Assembly (NCBI GenBank): GCA_963724765.1
Contig: CAVRVY010000004.1
Coordinates: 64,001-128,000 of the forward strand
Direction of reading: 5' to 3'
Origin: an uncultured delta proteobacterium
GTDB taxonomy: Bacteria; Desulfobacterota; Binatia; Binatales; Binataceae
Length of the DNA: 64,000 bases
The notes beneath the pieces were generated by a model. It was given only the letters and a program-made list of their open reading frames with translations, was not told the origin of the DNA and did no database searches. Shown in pieces: positions 1-7,737 of the stretch. The first letter of the stretch is position 1. Every line of letters begins with the position of its first letter. A program made the translations under genes and the position numbers.

Positions 1-15
1 TTTGTGCCAGTCGCT

Positions 16-78
16 CTAGATGTATTCTTCATCTTCGAGCATTCTTTCCGCCTCGATATCATTTAGTTGAGGCTTCAT
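16..78 (-). CDS. Possible 20-aa small protein MKPQLNDIEAERMLEDEEYI
   Basis: ATG preceded by a GGAGAG Shine-Dalgarno-like sequence, TAG stop; below the ORF-track cutoff. Confidence 0.3.
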   Translation of the reverse strand: MKPQLNDIEAERMLEDEEYI

Positions 79-273
79 CCGCGTCTCTCCGCTTTTGGTT
101 TCTCCGCGGCCGGATTCAACTCTGGCCCAGCGCCCACCGAAGGGCAGAAGCACTTCAGCCATCAACTGACAAGGGCGAGTGCGGCGTGATGGAACCTCGC
201 GGCTGGAAAGCGTAGGGCCGCGAACCTGCGGGCGTCGAGGCGCATTGCTAGGCTGCGATCCCGTGGTCCACGA

Positions 274-364
274 TGAAGGCCGGTCTAGGAATCGAACCTA
301 GCGGCAACTGCAGCTGCCCAACGGTTTTGCAGACCGCGGAGAACGCCAGTTCTCTGTACCGGCC
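274..364 (-). tRNA. Non-canonical tRNA-Cys(GCA)-like gene with long variable arm and 6-bp/4-nt D-arm
   Basis: Minus strand folds as GGCCGGT-ACA-GAGAAC(TGGC)GTTCTC-C-GCGGT(CTGCAAA)ACCGT-TG-GGCAGC(TGCA)GTTGCC-G-CTAGG(TTCGATT)CCTAG-ACCGGCC-T-TCA; all five stems pair; U discriminator. Confidence 0.8.
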
Positions 365-405
365 CAGCCGACCAGGAGGAGTGCAGCGGCGTGGCGGGGC
401 TTCAC
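364..405 (-). pseudogene. 14-codon 5' fragment (GTG start, KPRHAAALLLVGW) of a paralog of the small secreted protein at 6017
   Basis: 37/42 nt identical to 6017-6058 in inverted orientation; homology ends exactly where the tRNA begins. Confidence 0.75.
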
Positions 406-477
406 ATTCTGCCATCTACCAGAGACGACCAGAAATTCGTCGGACGGCATCGGGGCCCCTAAGAGCGTTTGCGGGCG

Positions 478-666
478 TCAGAGCCGCCAGAGAGCGTTGA
501 CGATCAAGATGGCGATGAGGATGAAGGGCGCGATGATAAAGCCGAATATGTTAGCTCCTTCTTTGTCCTTATCCTTAGAAAAGAGGCTAAAGAGGGCGCC
601 TGTGATGATGGCCGTCGCGTACAGCGCGATGGCACTACTAACCAGCCATATCGCAGCGTGAACCAT
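478..666 (-). CDS. Small two-helix membrane protein, hypothetical
   Basis: 62 aa, two hydrophobic segments, AAGGAAGG RBS upstream. Confidence 0.6.
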   Translation of the reverse strand: MVHAAIWLVSSAIALYATAIITGALFSLFSKDKDKEGANIFGFIIAPFILIAILIVNALWRL

Positions 667-1231
667 AATCCTTCCTTTGGCTAAGGTTATCTGGCGCGAC
701 TCACCCTCTCGATTGATGAGATATATTGCTTTTGGCCATTTTATAACATCAATATCTATATATGGCCAGTAATGACGCTATTTTAGACTTTTTGACTGTT
801 CTACGCAAGTGAATACTCGCGCTACCGCCGAGTAGTTGCACTTTCTCAAGCGCCCTCAAACATCCGGTCGCGAGATCGACGGGAATGGGCCCCAATAATT
901 TCCCGGCTAATCAGCGGGGAGATTCGGGCGCGCTGTCAGGGTCTGCAGCGTCTTGGCGGTCGAGGGGCCTAAAAGGCGTTAGGGCCGCCAAATTCGGTTG
1001 ACATGGGCACGCAGGGCGCGTCGGGAGCGACGATCTAAAAGTGGAGTCTCTCCTAACTTTGGCGTGAATTTTCGGAGGAGGGCGATCTTGTCTTCATCCT
1101 GAAGGGGTGTCCCAATGCCGATCGCAAACATGCGCGGCGACGTGGCGAAGCTTCATGGAACAGCGATTCTACTCAGAGCGGTGCCGGCGATCGATCACCT
1201 TCAGCTAAAGTGATCGTTTCACTCAGAGTCT

Positions 1232-1495
1232 TTACGTGTCTGTGCTTTCGGCACGGGTTGCTTGGTCAACAGCCTTCCGCACTTCCTGCAATCGCCCGCC
1301 AGAGTTCCGGGCGCCAAAAACCCTTGGCCCATCCCAGCGGGATTCCTGTGCGATCTCTGCGGAATCCATGCACCGCCAGTGGCCGTCTCCCAAAGTCCAA
1401 CGGCGCATGGTCCGATCGATTCCGGAACCCCAATTGTCTAGAACGATGCGGACCTTGTTTCCCTCGCTCGTTTGCAGTTCGACAATTCGTTTCAT
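1232..1495 (-). CDS. Hypothetical protein
   Basis: 87-aa ORF, GAGGG RBS and AT-rich promoter-like region upstream. Confidence 0.45.
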   Translation of the reverse strand: MKRIVELQTSEGNKVRIVLDNWGSGIDRTMRRWTLGDGHWRCMDSAEIAQESRWDGPRVFGARNSGGRLQEVRKAVDQATRAESTDT

Positions 1496-1633
1496 GGACT
1501 TTATCCCTCTATATCATTCAGTAGCAGCTAGAATTAATATATGTTTACTTTAACAAATAAATAAGCGTCTATACTAGCCTCAATGAAGGATAGGCCACGA
1601 TTCTAGAGCGCGGAACCAATCATCAGGGCACCT

Positions 1634-1825
1634 TTACGCGCTGGTTAGAGCGGAATCGATGCCACTGGCGAGCGAACCGATGTTGTTGCCCAACTTACGG
1701 TAGGCGCTGTAGACCACGACCGCGATCGCCGCCATGATGAGCGCATACTCGGTCATCGTCTGGCCACGCAGCTTGCGAACCACGGACTCACGAGCACGGA
1801 TGAACATCTTCGTCACTGAATCCAT
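1634..1825 (-). CDS. flp: Flp/Fap family type IVb pilin
   Basis: RG|QTMTEYALI prepilin motif (G cleavage site, E+5, Y+6), hydrophobic helix, 63 aa, AGGAGA RBS. Confidence 0.9.
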   Translation of the reverse strand: MDSVTKMFIRARESVVRKLRGQTMTEYALIMAAIAVVVYSAYRKLGNNIGSLASGIDSALTSA

Positions 1826-2595
1826 TTTTCTATCTCCTGGTTGTAAGTTGGCTCCTAGAACACCATCAAAGATACATACATTACTTTATTTTGTCTAGAA
1901 TGTGTTTAGTTTTGCTTTGATATTTGAATTTAGGCAATATTCGCCTCCCGACGCGACGCTGTGCCATTTCTGCATGGTGGGAAAGAAAACGGGGCGAGCC
2001 CGGCCAAGGGTCCGCCCCGCGGTATCGAGTCTCGACTGCGAGGTCATGCCGCAGCCTTGCGCTCGTCGGCCGGCTCGATGGCCTGCAGAATTTCGTGCTG
2101 CACCTCGCCCAACTCGCTGATCCTCCGCCAACAATTGTTTAACTGTCTTCTCGGCGACCGTGCGGGCATGGCCGGCGTCCTCAAAGTCGAATAGACCGGC
2201 CTCGACTTCGGCTGAGAGCTTGTCGGCGCGTTCGGCTATTTGCTTTGGTATACACAAGAGCAAGGGCATAGTGCCCATGCTCCAGTCTTTGTGGAGTGCC
2301 GTTGCACGGCGCATGAGTGTCTGGTTGTTCGCGGCCCACGCGGTAACGGCCTCGGCCACCCCCTGGGCTATCTCCCGGCCGCGGCGGGCTCTGTAGGTCT
2401 TACTGGGCCTCCAGCTTCCGTTAGCGGCGCGCGTGAAGCGCCAGCCCCTCCGTTATTTAAGTCTTCCTAAAAGCCGAAAACCTTGAGCGGGTTCTCGGCT
2501 TCACGGCAATCGATTTACCAATCTTGGTCAGATAGCGTCGCGTCTCGAACGTCCGAACGCCACGTGCGTCAAGAAATATCTAGGACGGTGACTCT

Positions 2596-2739
2596 ATGAA
2601 TGAAGATTTCGTGGTCGCACTACTTACGATAACTTTTTTGCTCATTATTATTGCGGGAGAGTTGAGTGTCATCAGCTCTCGCGCAGCTGAATGCCTTAGC
2701 GTGCTGGAACAAATACGTAACAAAATCATCAGCGATTGA
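2596..2739 (+). CDS. 47-aa single-TM small membrane protein (MNEDFVVALLTITFLLIIIAGELSVISSRAAECLSVLEQIRNKIISD)
   Basis: ATG with upstream AGGACGG, N-terminal hydrophobic helix followed by an amphipathic tail; not in the ORF track. Confidence 0.5.
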   Translation: MNEDFVVALLTITFLLIIIAGELSVISSRAAECLSVLEQIRNKIISD

Positions 2740-3156
2740 TCCGATTCTCAGTTGAGGATCGCGGACTGTGGCTGCGTCGGCTCGACGATGACACCCTCAA
2801 GTGTCGCGATGGCGGCGCGGCGCGCGGGTTTCCGCGCACGCACTACCAACGGCGGTCGTACGCTTCAGAAAGTGACATCATTTGAACGTCAATGATTAGT
2901 AGACCCGCTTTCTCAGTCGGCGCGATGGTTGTAGTCGAATAGCCGGCCGTTTTGACCGCGCCCCAACGTTTCATACATGCTCATTCGTAGCTGGAATCTC
3001 ACCAGTCGCGGGCCGGAGCCGCCATCTTCCGGGGGGCGCGCCCATCGCGTCCCGGCCCAAGAGCCGGACTCGTCGTGCTTCCGCGGCGATAGGTCGGAGG
3101 CAGTAACGCATCCCAACCGGCACCATCAGGGTTGGCGCCAAGGGAGTGTACTGCCC

Positions 3157-3399
3157 ATGGACGACCGGCGTCCGCTCGATCCTCATTCCGCCCCCAGTCG
3201 AGATCTTCGTCAGGCTGAAGTCCTCGCGCTCCTGCGTGTATCGCGAGCGACTTTCTGACGATTAACCCAACGATTTCCTGAGTTGAGACCTACCCGCTTA
3301 ACCCGGCGCGTCCCACTTTGGGATGCCCTTGTAATTGGCCGCTTTCTCGACAAACGACGACCTTCCGACGATACGGTACGCGTAAATGAACGCGCGTGA
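3157..3399 (+). pseudogene. AlpA/excisionase-like HTH protein interrupted by in-frame TGA (3256-3258)
   Basis: DLRQAEVLALLRVSRATF*RLTQRFPELRPTRLTRRVPLWDALVIGRFL follows the AlpA/Xis pattern across the stop; AAGGGAG RBS. Confidence 0.7.
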
Positions 3400-4192
3400 T
3401 CGTCTCCTCGACTGGTTGCTGCTTAAAAACGGCAGCCAGTATATCACCATCTTCCGATATTGGCCCGAACTCGGCTCGGCCCTCATAGATATCTGGTCTG
3501 GTTGTTGGGATTGCCTACAATGAGGCTTCTCTTGGCCGACCTCGACGCCGCAACGATGGATATGCGAGATCTCGCCGCGGATGTGGATTTTTCTGATCCC
3601 AGTCAGGACGAACTATTTATCACAGCAGACGCCTCGCTCTACTTGCAGATTACGCATTTTTTGCCTGATTCGATTTCGATTCCTTTCGAAGTCCAGCGGG
3701 CACTGTTTCTACAAGCCGTGGTGGCCCATGACGCGGGCGTGGTGGACCTGCTTCTAGGCGAACCTGCCGCCGATCTCGCATCGCGCTTCCTTCCGCCAGC
3801 GTTCGTGCACTTGTTTCCTACGCTACCGAGATCGGTCAGGACGGCGACTATCTGCATAGCGACAGAGGAACTGGGGGAAGCGAGCCTTTTTCGAGGCTCA
3901 GCGGCGCGGATGCGAACACATCGGGCGCCACGCTGCGGACCTCCTAGCGCTCCAGGCTGTGCTACGTGAGCGCGTGCTGGTAGATATGGCGCGCGCGGTC
4001 GCAGATGCGGACGGCATCGAGATCGGCGACCTGCTGGGCGCGCAAACCTATGAGGCGGCGGCCGAACTAGCCGGAGACCGGGACCTCGTCGACCTGACGG
4101 TCTATCCCGGAGCTGGACGAACCTTCTGCGAGCAGGGGCACAGGTTTAAGATGCTGGCGCCCGACCAAGCGCGGACGCTTCGGACTTGGTGA
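3386..4192 (+). pseudogene. Probable frameshifted hypothetical gene of the mobile element
   Basis: Protein-like segments continue in successive frames (3386-3520, 3460-3969, 3959-4192). Confidence 0.35.
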
Positions 4193-4218
4193 GTTACAAA
4201 TCTTTGTAGATCGACGAG

Positions 4219-4248
4219 AAGCCGAAAGCCCGACTGGGCGTTCGGCTT
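4219..4248. terminator. Hairpin between convergent ORFs
   Basis: AAGCCGAA-AGCCC-GACT-GGGCG-TTCGGCTT; a similar AAGCCGA...TCGGCTT hairpin lies at 2471-2501. Confidence 0.5.
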
Positions 4249-4271
4249 TGAATGGAAAGAAGCGGGGAAGC

Positions 4272-4802
4272 TTAGAGTTTGACCGGCGGGCGTATCTTCT
4301 TCTCCTCGATCCGGCGCACCCAGCGGTTGCCACCCTCCTCACAGCCGAATTCGCGCACCAGCTCTCTTAGCTTGTCGTCGTTGCGCGCCAGCTCGCACCC
4401 TCGCGACAACGAGGCGCAAAGGTTCCAAAGAAGATTCATGCACTCTCTGCGGGCTTCCGCGCTCTCCTCAAATTCCGGCAGTTCGGATCTTAAATCGTCC
4501 ATGAGATCACATGCGGTATCGATCACCGTTTCAATACTGCCCGCCTCGACATTTTCCTGCTCCTGCAATTCGCCGATATTTCCCGACGCGCACTCGGGGC
4601 ATCGGCACCATTCGGCGAAATTTTCGGGGAGTTCGGATCTGTATCCCTGCGCGAGCAACATAAGCTCAGCCCGCCGCGCCGCGTCGAAAAGTCGATCCGC
4701 CAGAAAATAGGCTTGGCAATCGTGACACCGCCACGTTGAGAGCGTCCGCTTCGGGGCGTTGTCCGACTTTCCTACGGTGGTTGGTTTCGTTTTTTTTGCC
4801 AT
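4272..4802 (-). CDS. Hypothetical protein with two CxxC motifs (putative Zn-binding)
   Basis: CHDC and CPEC motifs; strong AAGGAGG RBS. Confidence 0.7.
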   Translation of the reverse strand: MAKKTKPTTVGKSDNAPKRTLSTWRCHDCQAYFLADRLFDAARRAELMLLAQGYRSELPENFAEWCRCPECASGNIGELQEQENVEAGSIETVIDTACDLMDDLRSELPEFEESAEARRECMNLLWNLCASLSRGCELARNDDKLRELVREFGCEEGGNRWVRRIEEKKIRPPVKL

Positions 4803-4996
4803 TGCTGCTCGTTCCTCCTTTCCTTTAGCTCAGATTGGGGCCGCCGTGGCGACCTCGATAGACGAGCGCACCGAAGCTATCACGCCAACGGTCTGCATGT
4901 CCACAGGCAGACGGACGGCTTGTCAGAGCGCTAGAGAACCGGCTAGCTTGGGAGAACATTTACATTCTTTTGTAAATCGACGGGGGTGGGTAACGA

Positions 4997-5230
4997 ATGG
5001 CGGAAAAAGACAACAATGCCCTTGTTCGGCGCGCGATGTCAGTGCTGGGCCGTCGAAGCGCAGCGAAGCTCACGGCGGAGGAACTGACCGAGCGAGGCCG
5101 GAAAGCCGCGCAGTCTCTCTGGGCAAACATCGCCCCCGAGGAGCGCAGTGTCGAAATGAAGCGTCGAGCCAAGGTCCGCGAACGCAACAAAGCCAAGGTG
5201 CGCAAGACGGACATGCCGTCATCGCGATAG
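4997..5230 (+). CDS. Small basic, probably nucleic-acid-binding protein
   Basis: 77 aa, R/K/A-rich helical repeats (RRSAAKLTAEE...RKAAQSLWA...EERS) typical of mobile-element small proteins. Confidence 0.65.
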   Translation: MAEKDNNALVRRAMSVLGRRSAAKLTAEELTERGRKAAQSLWANIAPEERSVEMKRRAKVRERNKAKVRKTDMPSSR

Positions 5231-5273
5231 ATCGGGCTCGCCGCGTGGCTGGTCCTCGGTACCAGGAGGAGCG

Positions 5274-5543
5274 ATGAGGAAGCTTCAACTCAAACTGATT
5301 CTTTTGTTCCGCTCCGTTCCCAATGACGACATCGCCCTGCGGGGGCTCTTGGATAGATTCCATCTCATCGAGCGATTCACACCCTATGTGGCCGGTGGCC
5401 TAGCCGGCGCCCGAGGGCCACTCCGGAGCGACGAGGCAAGGGAGTGGCTGGAGAAGCGACGAAACGAGGCGATCGCTGAACTGACTTTGGCGGTCGCGAC
5501 AATCGCCATGCTGGCAGCGATAGTTGCCGCAGTGCGCATCTAG
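5274..5543 (+). CDS. Hypothetical protein with C-terminal TM helix
   Basis: AGGAGGA RBS, 89 aa. Confidence 0.6.
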   Translation: MRKLQLKLILLFRSVPNDDIALRGLLDRFHLIERFTPYVAGGLAGARGPLRSDEAREWLEKRRNEAIAELTLAVATIAMLAAIVAAVRI

Positions 5544-6016
5544 GACAGAATCTGAGCGATGACGGAACCGCGGGAGATAGAGCGTTGGCCCCGCGGCTAC
5601 ACCGCGCGATGCTCAGCGCCCGGATGTCGGAGACCGCTGAAGAGGAATGGGCAGTGAAAGGCGTCTTGAAGATCGGCTAATGGATGCGTTGAAAATCCCC
5701 GAAGCTATCGGGCCAAGGAAACGCCACTCGGGTGCGCGATAGGCGTGGCGGCGATTATCGTGGGCGTCACCGCATACTTCTTTTTGGCTATGCGGCTGGC
5801 CGAGCGGATATGGAGTCTCCTGTGACGTTTCGTGGACACGGCACAGGTTGTAGAAGGCAACACAACGCCACGTCGGCGCTTAAGGCTGAGGACATCGGGA
5901 TACTCGCGATCCTCTGAGCAAAGGGAATACCCCGCGCCAGAGCCCGTTACGGGCGTTTACAGAGGCCGGAGCCAAAGCTCTGGTCTCTCGCTTTCTTGGC
6001 TGTTAGAAACAGACCG

Positions 6017-6313
6017 ATGAAGCCCCGCCACGCCGCCGCGCTCGCCCTGGTCGGCTGGTATCTGATGATGCCGCCAATTCCGCCCAAGGGCAGCACTCCG
6101 ATGGTCGGCGTTGACGCTCAGGCTCCGCTGTCCAAGTGGACCGTGTCCTCCGGGTTCGACACCGCTGCCGCCTGCCACGTGGCCCACGGTAAACTCCTCG
6201 ATGACGCCGCGAAGCTAGGGAACCCAAAAGAGCTGGAGGTCATACGAATTCAGGTAGCGATGGCTGATTCCCAGTGCATCGCGACCGACGATCCGCGCCT
6301 CAAGGAAAAATAG
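6017..6313 (+). CDS. Small secreted protein (MKPRHAAALALVGWYLMMPP...CIATDDPRLKEK)
   Basis: Signal-peptide-like N-terminus, two Cys; N-terminal coding sequence duplicated at 364-405. Confidence 0.8.
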   Translation: MKPRHAAALALVGWYLMMPPIPPKGSTPMVGVDAQAPLSKWTVSSGFDTAAACHVAHGKLLDDAAKLGNPKELEVIRIQVAMADSQCIATDDPRLKEK

Positions 6314-6578
6314 CGCGTCGCAGACGGCCTGAATGTTCGGGCCAAGATTGGTTTCACGAGGGATACGTCGCGGGAATAGCGTTGGGCGATTTTGCGGGCG
6401 TGGTCTTCACAAGAGAACCAACCACAGCGAAGTGAGAAGCACGAAGACGACGCCGCAAAAGCGAACATTGAGCGATGTTCAGTCGTGAGCGTGGCCCGAT
6501 CTATTACCTAGCTGTTACCTAACCGCCAAGCGCCGGTTTTCTAACTTTCAGGAAATCGTTTGTTCTCGCGCGGTTATT

Positions 6579-6654
6579 TGGTGGGCAGGGAGTGAATCGA
6601 ACACTCGACACGAAGATTTTCAGTCTTCTGCTCTACCGACTGAGCTACCTGCCC
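6579..6654 (-). tRNA. tRNA-Phe(GAA)
   Basis: Reverse complement GGGCAGGTAGCTCAGTCGGTAGAGCAGAAGACTGAAAATCTTC...TTCGATT...CCTGCCCACCA; 76 nt with encoded CCA. Confidence 0.97.
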
Positions 6655-6774
6655 ACCGGGACTTGCAGGCGTCAGGCCTTCGCGGCGGTCTTAATTCGTA
6701 TCTGTCCCGGGTTCCCCTTGCAACAGTCAGCAGGCTGCAAGGCTGTGCGCAGGACAGTAATGGGCGCGCCCGCG

Positions 6775-7734
6775 CTAGTGCTTGAGCGCCGCGACCCGTG
6801 CCTCGACGAAATCGATCACCTTGGCCTCCAGGTTGGCGCCGTCGAGCCGATCGATTTCCTGAATCCCCGTGGGCGATGTCACGTTGACTTCGGTCAGATA
6901 GTTGCCGATGATGTCGAGCCCCACGAAATAAAGTCCGTCGCGTTTGAGGCGTGGCCGCATCATCGCGCAGATCTCGCGGTCGCGCGCGGTAATCTCGGCC
7001 TTGACGCAATTCCCGCCGACGTGGATGTTGCCGCGATTCTCGTCGTCGCGCGGCACCCGCAGCGTGCATCCCAGTGGTTCGCCGTCGAGCACGATCAACC
7101 GCTTGTCGCCGTCGCGGATTTCGGCCAGGTAGCGTTGCGCCATGATCGGACGCGACTCGAAACGGGTGACAGCTTCGAGGATCGCGTTCAAGTTGCGGTC
7201 GTCCGCCGCGGCCAGGAACACACTTTCGCCGCCGTGTCCGTCGAGCGGTTTGACGATCATCTGTCCGCCCTGCTCGGCCATGAATTTTTTGAGTCGCGCG
7301 AGGTCCTGGCTCACCAGCGTAGGCGGTATCGCGTTGGGGAAATTCAGCGCGTAGAGCTTTTCGTTGGCCTCGCGCAGGCCCGCGGGCTCGTTAAGCACGA
7401 ACGTGCGCCGGCGGTCGGCCAGGCTGAGCAGCATCGTGGCGAACAGGTAGGGCGCGTCGGCGGGCGGGTCCTTGCGCATGAAAATCGCGTCGAATGCTTC
7501 GAGCGGGTAGTCGGCGCCGTCGTCGACAAAGCGGTAATGCGCCGTCCCGCGCATCACCGTGCAGCGCCGCGCCCCGGCAAAGGCGTGACTGCCGATCGCG
7601 TAGAGGTCGTGCAGCGCGACAAAGTAGGCCTGATGCCCGCGGCCGATCGCCTCCAGCATGAAGGCGAAGGTGGTGTCCTTGTCGGGCAGCACCTTCTCCA
7701 ACGGGTCCATCACGAAGGCGAATTTGTAAGCCAC
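6775..7734 (-). CDS. gshB: Glutathione synthetase
   Basis: FVMDP..KDTTF, MRKDPP, NEKL, KPLDGHGG, RGNIHVGG, EVNVTSPTG motifs. Confidence 0.95.
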   Translation of the reverse strand: MAYKFAFVMDPLEKVLPDKDTTFAFMLEAIGRGHQAYFVALHDLYAIGSHAFAGARRCTVMRGTAHYRFVDDGADYPLEAFDAIFMRKDPPADAPYLFATMLLSLADRRRTFVLNEPAGLREANEKLYALNFPNAIPPTLVSQDLARLKKFMAEQGGQMIVKPLDGHGGESVFLAAADDRNLNAILEAVTRFESRPIMAQRYLAEIRDGDKRLIVLDGEPLGCTLRVPRDDENRGNIHVGGNCVKAEITARDREICAMMRPRLKRDGLYFVGLDIIGNYLTEVNVTSPTGIQEIDRLDGANLEAKVIDFVEARVAALKH

Positions 7735-7737
7735 CGA

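Larger units (their letters stand above)
1..6578. mobile_element. Decayed integrated element / genomic island adjoining the 3' end of tRNA-Phe (left boundary outside window)
   Basis: Short, fragmentary ORFs in mixed orientation; AT-rich patches (about 720-830, 1500-1600, 1860-1930); AlpA-like remnant; extra tRNA-like gene; abrupt switch to housekeeping genes at tRNA-Phe; short direct repeats (ttaccta x2, about 6505-6521) near the tRNA end resembling integrase arm sites. No integrase in the window. Confidence 0.7.

Noticed and set aside
273-500. 75-aa plus-strand ORF MKAGLGIEPSG...
   Set aside because: It is the antisense reading of the tRNA-like gene (GIEP corresponds to the T-loop complement)
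1015-1045. RVGSDDLK reading resembling the CIATDDPRLK C-terminal motif
   Set aside because: Match too short and degenerate to support a third family fragment
1952-1967. TGGCAC sigma54-like box upstream of flp (minus strand)
   Set aside because: GG-to-GC spacing is one base off and there is no TTGC
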